Shown: piece by piece, positions 38,454-48,802 of the stretch | Position numbering within the stretch: the stretch's first letter is position 1 | Layout of the letters: every line of letters begins with the position of its first letter | Source of the DNA: an uncultured delta proteobacterium | GTDB lineage: Bacteria; Desulfobacterota; Binatia; UBA9968 | DNA: 64,000 nt | Reading direction: 5' to 3' | Assembly (NCBI GenBank): GCA_963745835.1 | Contig: CAVUZH010000013.1 | Location: forward strand, 704,001-768,000 | Translations under genes and position numbers: made by a program | The notes under the pieces: generated by a model | Seen by the model: the letters and a program-made list of their open reading frames with translations, nothing else | Database searches by the model: none | What the model was told of the DNA's origin: nothing

Positions 38454-39884
38454 TTATGTCGATAGCTTCGGCTCCTCTCCACTATGAGGCTCGTTTATCT
38501 TCAGCTTTTCAATTCGGTATTTTAGAATCCGCCGGCTGGTGCCCAGCAATAAAGCGGCTTTGGTCTGGTTAAAGCCGGTCCGTTGCAGCGCCTTAACAAT
38601 AAGCTCTCGTTCGAATTCGTCCACCGCTTCGCTGAGAGGTTTTGAGCCACTCAGGACATCCTCTTTCAAGGTCGCAGTCTGATCTGTCGAGCGCATTCCG
38701 ACGGGCAGGTCACGGAGCATGATCTGCTCATGCGGCGTGAGTATTGTCAGCCGTTCAATCAAGTTTTCAAGCTCACGAATGTTGCCCGGCCAATGGTATG
38801 CCGTAAAAAAGTCGACTACTTCCGGCGACAAGCTTTTAACCGCAATGGAATGCTCTTGCGCCTTGAGTCTCAGGAAATGATCTAGAAGTAGCGGGATGTC
38901 CTCGCGCCGTTCCCGAAGCGCAGGCAAATAAAGAGAGACGACGTTGAGGCGGTAAAACAGATCCGGCCGGAACTCACCTGCTTTTGCCAAAATTTCTAAA
39001 TCCCGGTTACTTGCGGCTATCACCCTCACATCAACTTTGATGTCATCGGTGCCACCGAGCCGGGTGAAGGTTTCTTGCTCAATGGCGCGCAGGAATTTTG
39101 CCTGTGTGCTGAGATTAAGCTCGCCGATCTCGTCAAGAAAGAGGGTGCCACCATGAGCAAGCTCGAACCGACCAATTTTCTTTTGCGATGCATTAGTAAA
39201 GGCACCCTTCTCATAACCAAACAGTTCACTTTCAATCAAAGTATCGGGTAATGCGGCGCAGTTCACAACGATGAAGGGCTTCGAGCGGCGATCGCTATTG
39301 TAGTGAATCGCGCGTGCGATCAACTCCTTGCCCGTGCCGCTTTCGCCCTGAATCAAGACTGTAGATTTCTTAGCGGCTACCATGCTGACGGCTTTGAAAA
39401 CATCTATAATTTGCTTGGATTTGCCGACGATATGATCGATCCCATATTTCCGACCGACCTCTTCCTTTAACCGCTCCAGCTCCTTTGAGAGCTGAACTTT
39501 CTCGAACGCATGCTCGACCCGTAGCCGCAGTTCTTCAACGTCGAAAGGCTTGGTCACGTAATCGAAGGCGCCAGTGCCCTTCGCGGTAAAGGCGGTTCGT
39601 GCCGTATTAAGACCGGTCAACATTATTACCTGACACTCAGGATGAACTGATTTCATCTGTTTCAAAACCGACAGTCCATCAGCGCCAGGCATGACAATGT
39701 CGAGCAATACGATATCAGGTTTTTCTTCAGTCAGTTTCTGGACGCCGTCGTTTGCAGTAGCTGCCTCGACCACGCGAAAGACTTTGTCGAAAACCATTTT
39801 GAGTGAATGCCGGACCCCAGCCTCATCATCTATAACCAACAATACGCCTTGAACCATGTCGCTTTTCTTTTCCCGGTTAAGCAA
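38454..39884 (-). CDS. Sigma54-dependent response regulator (NtrC family)
   Basis: REC + GESGTGKE, GAFTNA, FLDEIG, WPGNIREL + Fis HTH. Confidence 0.95.
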   Translation of the reverse strand: MLNREKKSDMVQGVLLVIDDEAGVRHSLKMVFDKVFRVVEAATANDGVQKLTEEKPDIVLLDIVMPGADGLSVLKQMKSVHPECQVIMLTGLNTARTAFTAKGTGAFDYVTKPFDVEELRLRVEHAFEKVQLSKELERLKEEVGRKYGIDHIVGKSKQIIDVFKAVSMVAAKKSTVLIQGESGTGKELIARAIHYNSDRRSKPFIVVNCAALPDTLIESELFGYEKGAFTNASQKKIGRFELAHGGTLFLDEIGELNLSTQAKFLRAIEQETFTRLGGTDDIKVDVRVIAASNRDLEILAKAGEFRPDLFYRLNVVSLYLPALRERREDIPLLLDHFLRLKAQEHSIAVKSLSPEVVDFFTAYHWPGNIRELENLIERLTILTPHEQIMLRDLPVGMRSTDQTATLKEDVLSGSKPLSEAVDEFERELIVKALQRTGFNQTKAALLLGTSRRILKYRIEKLKINEPHSGEEPKLST

Positions 39885-41754
39885 TGGGAAACTCCATTGT
39901 CACGATCTCTTTCTCAGCATCGGTGCTATCAACAGCAATCTCACCACCAATACGTTCCACCAGCTGCTTTGCCAATAAGATTCGCAGGGGCAAAATACTT
40001 TCTCCCGCAGCTTCGCTCAGAGAACCGAGATATTGAGTAATCGAGGCCATCCGAGGTCCTTCACGAACGTAGGATATTACGACCTTTCCCGTTTGCTGGA
40101 TTTCAACACCAATCTCAGTGCCCACCTTTGCCTGCGATACTACCGTCGAGAAAACATTCTTAAGAATGTAGTCGAGCTGGTTCTCATCGGCAAAAATCGT
40201 GGCGCCGACTCTGCTAGTTTGTACGCGAACAGGAGCTTGACGTTTTCCGGACTCCTCTCGGAGCTCATCAACTGTCGAGCGCAAGCGTTCCTCCAGCGTT
40301 ACGCGATCTATACGAGGTTGACTGAAGTCGGCAAATTCGATCATCGTTTCGAGCAGATCGTCCATTCGTTCGATATCAGTGCTGACCACGTCTCGAAAAC
40401 GCGCCCGAAAATCCTCGTCTTCATATCGATCGTCGAGCAATTGCGCGAAGGTCTTGACGGTCACCATCGGATTTTTCATCTCGTGAGCCAACTCGTGAAT
40501 CAAAACTTTGAGTTCGCTCGCTCGTTCACTGCAGGCAGCTTGGCCTTGCGAGACTGGAACTTGTCTGCCAGCCGTCCAAGAGGAGGAGACCACCTTAAGA
40601 TTTGGCCGTTTCTCCTCTGGCGAACTAAACTCCTCTACATCTGCAAATTCCTCCGCTTCACTGGTCCCGGAAAAATCGAAAACCAGATCGTGTGCCTCAA
40701 TTGTGCTCTTACGTCCAACCACGAGGGTTCGAGCGATAACGGTTTCCATCTCGCTTAGGTTGCCGAACCAGAGATAGTTTGCGAGACGATCTCTCGCTTC
40801 GGGCGAAAAGGTTACCTGGCCTAATTCCAAGAGCGGTGCAAAGTACTGCGCAAACCAAGCGGCAATCGTCGGAATGTCATTGCGGCGATCTCTCAAGGGC
40901 CGGAGTTTAAGACTTAAAGTCGCTATCCGATAATATAGTCCTTCGAGGAATTCACCTTGATAAACTTGCTCAAGAAGGTCGATCTTTGTAGTCGCAAGAA
41001 ATCGGCAGGCAACTGATGTTTTTTCGACTTCTTCGATAAAGCTGAGCAACCTCGACTGCGCCGAAGCAGAAAGCTTTTCGATTTCTTCCACGACAAAGAT
41101 CCGCCCGGATTTCTCGGCCCGCCAAGTTAGCTGAGCAATCTTGCTCGCCAAGAATTCGTCATTGACTTCGGACGCATTTACAAAGCTGCAGGCGACGTCA
41201 CTCCCAGCAAGGGCGCAAATCCCTCGCACAACGCGCTCCTGACCGCAGCCTATCTCGCCTGAAACCAACACCGGCAAACGAGTTCTGGCAAATCGCTGCA
41301 CAAGAGCGGCTGCCGTCCGATCAAGGAACGGATATCTTAAATAATCCGAGTGTGCCGGATTGTTCGGTGGCCCCCGCATGGGTCGCATGCTGGGGAGGAC
41401 AGCTGTACGCGCCAATAACATTCCCACCTTTTGCTTTAGCTCATAGGGATTAAACGGCTTTGCGAGACAACCAACGGTTTCTTGCTCTTCGATGAGTTTG
41501 ATAGCGGATCTCGACTCGACCAGGAACAAAACGGCGCAGCTCACCTGTGCGGCAAATCTCAAGAGCTTTCCGGCCTCGGAGCGAAGCGCCGGGCTTACGC
41601 CAATGATCAGCAGATCGACATCCGCGCTAGTGTCCGCCAGCGTAAATCCAGAAGTGCCTAAAAACTTCTTCACGACGTAGAAGTCCCGCCCTAGGATTAG
41701 GGCAAGGGTTTCCCGAATCACCTCCGACTCATCAATGACTAAGATTCGCTTCAT
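39877..41754 (-). CDS. Chimeric protein: degenerate REC + degenerate sigma54 AAA+ + HisKA/degenerate HATPase
   Basis: RILVIDE..KPF; PVLVSGEIGCGQ..LRDRRNDI..WFGNLSEME; LAHEMKNP. Confidence 0.8.
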   Translation of the reverse strand: MKRILVIDESEVIRETLALILGRDFYVVKKFLGTSGFTLADTSADVDLLIIGVSPALRSEAGKLLRFAAQVSCAVLFLVESRSAIKLIEEQETVGCLAKPFNPYELKQKVGMLLARTAVLPSMRPMRGPPNNPAHSDYLRYPFLDRTAAALVQRFARTRLPVLVSGEIGCGQERVVRGICALAGSDVACSFVNASEVNDEFLASKIAQLTWRAEKSGRIFVVEEIEKLSASAQSRLLSFIEEVEKTSVACRFLATTKIDLLEQVYQGEFLEGLYYRIATLSLKLRPLRDRRNDIPTIAAWFAQYFAPLLELGQVTFSPEARDRLANYLWFGNLSEMETVIARTLVVGRKSTIEAHDLVFDFSGTSEAEEFADVEEFSSPEEKRPNLKVVSSSWTAGRQVPVSQGQAACSERASELKVLIHELAHEMKNPMVTVKTFAQLLDDRYEDEDFRARFRDVVSTDIERMDDLLETMIEFADFSQPRIDRVTLEERLRSTVDELREESGKRQAPVRVQTSRVGATIFADENQLDYILKNVFSTVVSQAKVGTEIGVEIQQTGKVVISYVREGPRMASITQYLGSLSEAAGESILPLRILLAKQLVERIGGEIAVDSTDAEKEIVTMEFPIA

Positions 41755-43921
41755 GAACGTGCAAGTTGCGCTCGGTCATTGCTCGAACGGGTTTCCCCGT
41801 TGGAATGTTGACAAGAAAGGAGGTTCCCTTCCCCACTTTACTTTCAACAGTAACGTATCCGCCATGCTCCTGTACAATTTGATGGGAGATAGAAAGCCCT
41901 AAACCGCTGCCTTCGTCCTTGCTGGTAAAAAACGGATCGAATATATGCTCGAGATTTTCGTTAGGGATACCGATACCGGTATCCTTAACTTCAACTTGTA
42001 CGAATGAGGGTGACTGCTGGGTAGCCTCCGGGGTGAAGATACGTGTTGAGATTGTAATTGTCCCGCCGTTGTTCATCGCCTGGATGCCGTTGAATATGAG
42101 GTTCATGAATACCTGCTTCATTTGTTCCCTGTCAATCCACACCTTGGGCAGGTTCGGGGTGAAGTCTCTTACCAATTCTACACTTTTTTCCTTCGCTTGT
42201 GTGTCTAAAATTCGCGCAATACCATCGATTACGTTATTCATGTCCTCTTGAGCAACATTCGGCCTCGAGGGTCGGGCAAAGCTCAAAAGATCCGTGATCA
42301 ACCCACAGATGCGGTCCACTTCCTTCAGGGCGAGGCTTTGGAAACCGTTACGAAACTCAGCGTCTTCGTACCGTTCTGGCAAAAGCTGGGTAAACGTGCG
42401 AATTGCCACCAACGGATTGCGAATTTCATGAGCAAGTCCTGCCGTAAGTAGCCCTAAAGAGGATAAGCGGTCCGCCCGCCGAAGCGTATCCTGCGACTGC
42501 TTCAGATTTTGGTAAAGCCGCGCGTTTTCAATTGCGACCGCCGCCTGATTAGCGAGAGTTGAAAGAAGCTCTAGATCTTCGTTCGAGTAAATCTCCTTAC
42601 CCGGTTTGTAACCGAGATTCAGAGCGCCGATCAATTTTTCCTTTGAAATTATCGGGACGCTAATCTCGGCCTCGATCTCCTCCATTCTCCTCGCAGTCAA
42701 CCTCCAGTTTAGGCTATCGCTAGCGATTTCAAGTTCTTCTCTAACGATTCCCTTTTGTACTTTTGTTAAGCTTTCAAGTAGAGGATCGTCGCGTAAGAGA
42801 AAGAACTGAGAATTTATTGCAACGCCGATGCTGGCTTTAAGGTTGAATACGCCTTTGGCTTCCTCGAGTAGAAAAAGAGACGCCTTTTCAATGCCAAGTG
42901 CCCGTCCGACCGTTCGAACCAGATTAGTGGATAAACTCTCAAGGTCCACGATCGAAACCATATCTTTACTCGAGTAGAGTAGCGTTTCCCGGTAGTTTAT
43001 CCGCTTTTGGAATAACGCTCTTTCTAGAGCTTCCTCCGTCCGAAACCGTAATTTGGGAAATAAAAACCCCACAATAATAAACAAGAGGAGTGTCGCCATC
43101 GAGAAGGTATAATTGATGTTTCCAAACGCCAACTGCTGCCCCCAAATGACCAAGATATAACAGGGAACAAGCAGCATGAATAAAAGTGATGCATAGATGA
43201 TGCTTTTTCTGATCGCAACGTTAATGTCGAGGAGGCGGTACTGCGCAATAGCATAAGCAGTAGTGGAAACATAGATGGGAATCGCATAACTTCCGTACGG
43301 AAAAAGCGGGAAAATTGTTATGTCGTAGAGATAAAGAAAATTATCGAGGCCGCCAAAATATCCAAGCAATGAGCCAAACAGGAGATATTTTATTTGGTTC
43401 TTCCGAACTCCTTCCGCCTTTAGGTATCCTAGGAAGAGAGTAGAAAGACCCCAAGCGGCACAAGCTATAAAGTAAAGGACCAGATATATGTAGCCACGAT
43501 TCGCCACCATCAAATACTCGATCCCGTATTTCGGAGCGACTTCTGAAACGAGAGTTCCATTGATACACAAGAACATCAAAGTTGCGGTGATTACATAGAG
43601 CGGAGCGACAAGAAGATTTACGGTTTTCCGCTTACGATTAGAAAAGAACTGGAGAACGAAATGGACGAACAGGGTCGGTATCAGCGTAGCACCAACATGG
43701 AGATAGCGTGCGGTAAATTCGGCTACGGACCGGTTCGCAGTAAATACATGCAATGCAAGTAAGCTACTCCACACGGTGATACTGAAGGAATAGATAGAGA
43801 ATACTCGGTAAAGGCTCGACTTGGGATCCTTCAACAGCACGAACGAACCTAGAGCGGCCGTGGTTACCGAGGTCAGGGCTGCGGAAATTCCTATATGAGC
43901 AGCGTCAGTTAAGCCGAACAT
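41732..43921 (-). CDS. Membrane sensor histidine kinase (N-terminal 7TM-type region, GAF, HisKA, HATPase)
   Basis: Multiple TMs; LANQAAVAIENARLY; AHEIRNPL; DTGIG; GSGLGL. Confidence 0.93.
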   Translation of the reverse strand: MFGLTDAAHIGISAALTSVTTAALGSFVLLKDPKSSLYRVFSIYSFSITVWSSLLALHVFTANRSVAEFTARYLHVGATLIPTLFVHFVLQFFSNRKRKTVNLLVAPLYVITATLMFLCINGTLVSEVAPKYGIEYLMVANRGYIYLVLYFIACAAWGLSTLFLGYLKAEGVRKNQIKYLLFGSLLGYFGGLDNFLYLYDITIFPLFPYGSYAIPIYVSTTAYAIAQYRLLDINVAIRKSIIYASLLFMLLVPCYILVIWGQQLAFGNINYTFSMATLLLFIIVGFLFPKLRFRTEEALERALFQKRINYRETLLYSSKDMVSIVDLESLSTNLVRTVGRALGIEKASLFLLEEAKGVFNLKASIGVAINSQFFLLRDDPLLESLTKVQKGIVREELEIASDSLNWRLTARRMEEIEAEISVPIISKEKLIGALNLGYKPGKEIYSNEDLELLSTLANQAAVAIENARLYQNLKQSQDTLRRADRLSSLGLLTAGLAHEIRNPLVAIRTFTQLLPERYEDAEFRNGFQSLALKEVDRICGLITDLLSFARPSRPNVAQEDMNNVIDGIARILDTQAKEKSVELVRDFTPNLPKVWIDREQMKQVFMNLIFNGIQAMNNGGTITISTRIFTPEATQQSPSFVQVEVKDTGIGIPNENLEHIFDPFFTSKDEGSGLGLSISHQIVQEHGGYVTVESKVGKGTSFLVNIPTGKPVRAMTERNLHVHEANLSH

Positions 43922-43930
43922 AGCGAACGG

Positions 43931-45190
43931 TTAGATCTCTCTCGGATCGGCGGCGAAGGGACGCAAGACTAAAGTCGCGTTTTTTCCTCCGAAACCAAAG
44001 GTATTTAAAAGCAGAGCTCTGATATTTCTATGAGTGGATTTTTCTCGGTGGACTTGAATGAGACAACCCGGATCCAGCGCGTCACAATTGATACTTCGTA
44101 AGATAACTTTCTTGTGAATCGACAACACCGCCGCAACTGTTTCCACTGCGCCGCACGCGCCTTGAGTATGACCTAGCATCGACTTTATACTAACAACCGG
44201 CACATCCTGTATTCGTTCTGCCAAGACCCGCTGAATTGCGTACGCCTCCGATAGGTCATCGGATACTGCACCTGGAGCATGCGCTTGTACATAATCGATA
44301 TCTTCAACCGTCAGACGTGCATCAGCAAGAGCATCAAGCATTACCGCGACTGCTTGATCACCGTTCGGATTCAGCATCATCATACTATATGCGTCAGAAT
44401 TGTGAGACCACCCAGCGATTTCGGCGTATATCCTGGCGCCTCGATCCATGGCATGTTCCGCCGTTTCACAAACCAAAACTGCTGCACCTTCGCTCACGAC
44501 GATTCCGTCTCGCCCGGCGTCGAACGGTCTGGGAGATTGCGATGGGTGTTCATATTGAGTAGTCATAATCCGAGCCGCGCAATAGGCTCCAAAAATGCCG
44601 GGATCGATCGGTGCCTCGGTTCCCCCAACGATGGCGGTATCTATTCGCCTCATCTTCAAGTTATCGACCGCGTACCCTATGGCGACGGTACTCGACGCAC
44701 ATCCTGAAGAGATCGTATCGCTGGGGCCTTTAAAACCGAATTTTGAGGAGAGCTGTGCCGAACTGGCATTAGGAAATGTTGATACGGCTGTGAAAGGATT
44801 AATTCTTTTTAAACCCTTTTCTTTGAAAACTTCATACTCACGAAATGCCCAACTTTGCCCTCCAACTGCAGTGCCGGTAAATACGCCGATTCTCGACATA
44901 TCACCGCTTAGCTCCAATCTGGAATCCGCAACTGCCATTTCGGCGGCTGCAACGATCATTTGCGATGAGCGATCCATTCGGCGCGCTTCTTTGAAGGAAA
45001 GGAACTCAACAGGGTCAAAGTTCCGTACCTCACCAGCAATACGCGTAGGGTAAGTGCTCGCGTCAAAAAAACTTATCGGTTTGGCTGCCGCCTGGCCTTC
45101 GGACAACCCGTGCCAAAATTCTTTTTTACCGATGCCAAGCGGAGATACGACTCCCATGCCTGTGATGACAACGCGGGGTTCGTGGTTCAT
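43931..45190 (-). CDS. Beta-ketoacyl synthase (FabF/KS-like), stand-alone
   Basis: RVVITGMGVVSPLG, SGCASS, EGAAVL, QAHAPG, KSMLGHTQGA, NTFGFGG. Confidence 0.92.
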   Translation of the reverse strand: MNHEPRVVITGMGVVSPLGIGKKEFWHGLSEGQAAAKPISFFDASTYPTRIAGEVRNFDPVEFLSFKEARRMDRSSQMIVAAAEMAVADSRLELSGDMSRIGVFTGTAVGGQSWAFREYEVFKEKGLKRINPFTAVSTFPNASSAQLSSKFGFKGPSDTISSGCASSTVAIGYAVDNLKMRRIDTAIVGGTEAPIDPGIFGAYCAARIMTTQYEHPSQSPRPFDAGRDGIVVSEGAAVLVCETAEHAMDRGARIYAEIAGWSHNSDAYSMMMLNPNGDQAVAVMLDALADARLTVEDIDYVQAHAPGAVSDDLSEAYAIQRVLAERIQDVPVVSIKSMLGHTQGACGAVETVAAVLSIHKKVILRSINCDALDPGCLIQVHREKSTHRNIRALLLNTFGFGGKNATLVLRPFAADPREI

Positions 45191-45335
45191 TGTTGGGCTC
45201 TTAATACGGCATTGCCTACCTGAGTTCTTGATCAGATGCGTTTTTGCTAACTAATACCTTCTGTGCAAAGGCTCGGGAAAAAGGGAAACCCCACGGGAAA
45301 CCCATAAGTCTTTGCAGCCGAAAAATTCCTTGCGT

Positions 45336-45527
45336 TCAACAGACACTTTCTTCATCGATATTAGAGTTTTTTAGCAGCCAAGCATCAATCATGTCTTTGC
45401 TGAATCTCCATTGATTGCCAACCTTGAAGGCGGGGATGTTCTTCTGTGTTACCAACCTATAAACCGTAAACTTGTCCACCTTCAGGTAGTCGGCTACTTC
45501 AGCGGTTGTCAGTAAATTTTCTTGCAT
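45336..45527 (-). CDS. Excisionase-like helix-turn-helix protein
   Basis: LLTTAEVADYLKV...TVYRL...IPAFKVGNQWRF. Confidence 0.9.
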   Translation of the reverse strand: MQENLLTTAEVADYLKVDKFTVYRLVTQKNIPAFKVGNQWRFSKDMIDAWLLKNSNIDEESVC

Positions 45528-45615
45528 CTGACGCGTCCTTATGGCACCCTTTGGCGTTATTTGGCACGGATATATAGGACTCGCAAAACTTAGTCAACGC
45601 CAAACTGGAGCTAAA

Positions 45616-46917
45616 ATGAGAAAAAGACCATTCGGGCCCTCAGTGGTTCTGTTATTTTTTGCGGTTTCATTTCTAACCCGTGATGCTTTTTCGGGTGGTT
45701 ACATGATCCCGCATCAAACCGCGCGCGGTCTGGGCCTCTCAAATGCGATGACTGCTGGAGTGAATGATCCTTCGGCCGTCTACTATAACCCCGCTGCTCT
45801 TGGTGAGGTTGACGGCAATAATTTGCTGATGAGCGGCACTTATGTAAATGTACAAAGTTCCGTTGAAAACAGTGGCCGACGAGCCCATAACAAACACGAC
45901 GACAACTTTCTCGCGACGCTGTTTGCCAATTACCACGTTCCAAATACCGACTTTACTTTTGGGATCGGTACGTATTCTCCTTTTGGGCTAGCAACAACCT
46001 ACGAAAGTGATTTCACTCGGTTTGCCGCTGAGCGTACCGAGCTGAAGACCATTTACATAACACCGGCAGCGGCGTGGCACCCATCCAAGTATTTTTCCAT
46101 TGGAGCCGGTGCGAGCTTTGTCCATGCCTCGGGCCTGTTTTCCAGGGGCCTCTGCCTTGATCCGATCACGAGTTGCACCGCCCCTATCGGCCTGGAAGGT
46201 CGATTGCGCTTAACAGATACGGCCGACGCCTTCGCCTATAATTTAGGAGCGCTGATCAAACCTTTGGACAATGTTAAAGTTGGATTTAGCTACAGGTCTC
46301 GCGTGGATTTGCGCTTCGACCACGCAGACGTGAAACTCCGTGGGGCGTTCTCTACAGCCACGACAAAAGCGGACATTCGGCCGATCCCTCTCCCGCCGGT
46401 TATTAACACCGGCGTCTTCTGGCAGGTGACGCCCAACTGGGGAGCCGAGCTAGTCTACGAATACACCCGATGGAGCGAGTTCGAAGATTTTACTGCAACC
46501 TTCTCACCAAGCCCCACCTTCTTGCCTTTGGGCTTCCCTCTTTCAGGGTTTAGTCTTCCTGAGGATTGGAAGAACACTAGCACCCTGAGATTCGGCAGCT
46601 ATTATGCCCTAAACAACAACTGGGAGTTGCGAGGAGGACTTGCGGTAGAAGAGTCACCAATACCAAATCATACACTCAATCCAGCTATCCCTGGTGCTGA
46701 TTTGTTAACCTTGAATGCTGGTTTGGGCTATAGGTGGGAGAACATTTCGCTTGATCTCGGCTATATGGCGGTGTTTTACAAAAATAGAAAAGTGACTAAC
46801 AACGAGTTAGAGGGCCTTCCCGCCACTAGTCCTTTGGGCTTTGCAGGTGCCCCCGGCAAAGACAAATATGAAACTTTCAATAACTTCGTCACGGTATCAT
46901 TAGGGTATCGCTTTTAG
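45616..46917 (+). CDS. fadL: FadL/OmpP1 outer-membrane hydrophobic-compound transporter
   Basis: Signal peptide, ARGLGLSNA, DPSAVYYNPAAL, SPFGL, C-terminal GYRF. Confidence 0.88.
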   Translation: MRKRPFGPSVVLLFFAVSFLTRDAFSGGYMIPHQTARGLGLSNAMTAGVNDPSAVYYNPAALGEVDGNNLLMSGTYVNVQSSVENSGRRAHNKHDDNFLATLFANYHVPNTDFTFGIGTYSPFGLATTYESDFTRFAAERTELKTIYITPAAAWHPSKYFSIGAGASFVHASGLFSRGLCLDPITSCTAPIGLEGRLRLTDTADAFAYNLGALIKPLDNVKVGFSYRSRVDLRFDHADVKLRGAFSTATTKADIRPIPLPPVINTGVFWQVTPNWGAELVYEYTRWSEFEDFTATFSPSPTFLPLGFPLSGFSLPEDWKNTSTLRFGSYYALNNNWELRGGLAVEESPIPNHTLNPAIPGADLLTLNAGLGYRWENISLDLGYMAVFYKNRKVTNNELEGLPATSPLGFAGAPGKDKYETFNNFVTVSLGYRF

Positions 46918-46979
46918 GGTCACCCGCAGTTTAAGTGTCCGATAAACCCGCCGGGCACTCCGCAGACACCTTCGCAACC

Positions 46980-48713
46980 TTATTTAGATCTTTTCGTCGC
47001 CTTCTGAAGGTTCACCCAAGAATCCCTGAGGGTTACCGTCCGATTAAACACCGGCTTACGCCTCGTCGAATCTACCGAATCAAGGCAAAAATAGCCTAGT
47101 CTTTCGAACTGATAGAGCTCTCCTCTTTGCGCGTTCGCAAGAATCGGCTCTACTCGGCAGTCCGTCAGCACCTCGAGCGATTTTGGATTAACGTTGGTCA
47201 ACCAGTCGACGCCGTCGGGGACGGCATCGGGATCTTCCTTACTGAACAGATGATCATAGAGGCGGACCTCAGCTTCCTTAGCATGACCGGCCGAGACCCA
47301 GTGAATGGTGGCTTTTACTTTTCGGTTGCTCTGAGAAGAACCACTTTTAGTTTCTGGGTCGTACGTACAACGCAGTTCGCGGATTTCGCCGGTCTCCGGA
47401 TCTTTGAGAATGTCGGTGCATTTGATGATATATGCGTAACGCAGCCGAACCTCACGCCCCGGCGATAAACGGAAAAATCCTTTGGGGGGTTCTTCGCGGA
47501 AATCATCTTGCTCGATATAGGCGACTTTAGAAAATGGAACAGGCCGCGTGCCGCTACTGGGATCTTCCGGATTATTGACTGCCTCTAAGTGTTCAACCTG
47601 TCCAGCGGGATAATTTTCGATGACGACCTTGATGGGCCTTAACACCGCCATCACTCGCGCCGCTCGCTTGTTCAGGTTCTCCCGGAGGCAGTGTTCCAGC
47701 ATTGCGATGTCGACCGTGCTGTTCCGCTTGGCCACGCCAATGCGCTCGCAAAAAGTTCGGATCGCTTCGGCGGTATAACCGCGACGTCGGAGACCCGCCA
47801 AGGTCGGCATTCGCGGATCATCCCATCCCGCGACATGGTTTTGTTGAACGAGTTGTAGAAGCTTTCTCTTGCTCAGTACAGTGTGGCTTAGATTCAGCCG
47901 CGCAAACTCAATTTGCTGCGGATGATGAATACCCAACTGATCGAGAAACCAGTCGTATAGAGGCCTGTGATCCTCGAATTCCAATGTGCAGATCGAGTGA
48001 GTGATTCCTTCAATTGAATCTGACTGCCCATGGGCAAAATCATAAGTCGGATAGATGCACCACCGATCCCCGGTCCGATGATGCGCAGCATGCAGAATAC
48101 GATACATCACCGGATCCCGCAGGTTTAAATTGGGCGAAGCCATGTCAATCTTGGCCCGGACAGTGCGTGCGCCGTCCGGAAACTCACCCGCTTTCATCCG
48201 CTCAAACAGATCTAAATTCTCGTCACTTGAACGATCCCGGAACGGGCTATTCCGGCCCGGTTCGGTAAGCGTGCCACGATACTGACGCATCTGATCACTG
48301 TTCAGATCGCAAACATAGGCCTTTCCGGCTTTGATAATTTGCACAGCAAACTGATATAGGCGATCGAAATAATCCGAAGCGTAATACTCCCGATCAGCCC
48401 AGTCGAAACCCAACCAGCGAACATCTTCTCGAATGGACTCGACGTATTCGATATCTTCTTTGCTTGGGTTGGTATCGTCGAAACGAAGATTGCAGAGCCC
48501 GTCGAATTCTGCCGCAAGACCAAAGTTCAAACAGATAGCTTTGGCGTGGCCGATGTGAAGATACCCGTTGGGCTCCGGTGGAAATCGCGTGTGCACGCGC
48601 TCCCGATGCTTCCCTGCCTGAACATCGTCAGCGACGATATTCCGGATAAAATTAGACGGCGCCGTCTCGGTAGATGCCATGGCGTCCTTCACAACTGATA
48701 CTTCACTATTCAC
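46980..48713 (-). CDS. glnS: Glutamine--tRNA ligase
   Basis: [36 protein letters not shown]. Confidence 0.97.
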   Translation of the reverse strand: MNSEVSVVKDAMASTETAPSNFIRNIVADDVQAGKHRERVHTRFPPEPNGYLHIGHAKAICLNFGLAAEFDGLCNLRFDDTNPSKEDIEYVESIREDVRWLGFDWADREYYASDYFDRLYQFAVQIIKAGKAYVCDLNSDQMRQYRGTLTEPGRNSPFRDRSSDENLDLFERMKAGEFPDGARTVRAKIDMASPNLNLRDPVMYRILHAAHHRTGDRWCIYPTYDFAHGQSDSIEGITHSICTLEFEDHRPLYDWFLDQLGIHHPQQIEFARLNLSHTVLSKRKLLQLVQQNHVAGWDDPRMPTLAGLRRRGYTAEAIRTFCERIGVAKRNSTVDIAMLEHCLRENLNKRAARVMAVLRPIKVVIENYPAGQVEHLEAVNNPEDPSSGTRPVPFSKVAYIEQDDFREEPPKGFFRLSPGREVRLRYAYIIKCTDILKDPETGEIRELRCTYDPETKSGSSQSNRKVKATIHWVSAGHAKEAEVRLYDHLFSKEDPDAVPDGVDWLTNVNPKSLEVLTDCRVEPILANAQRGELYQFERLGYFCLDSVDSTRRKPVFNRTVTLRDSWVNLQKATKRSK

Positions 48714-48802
48714 AACGTTTTCCTCGATCCTCTATACTATCACGATCATCGTTGTTTTAAACGCTCCCGCCGTTGATCCTATTTTGGCTCCCTGTTAGGT
48801 TG

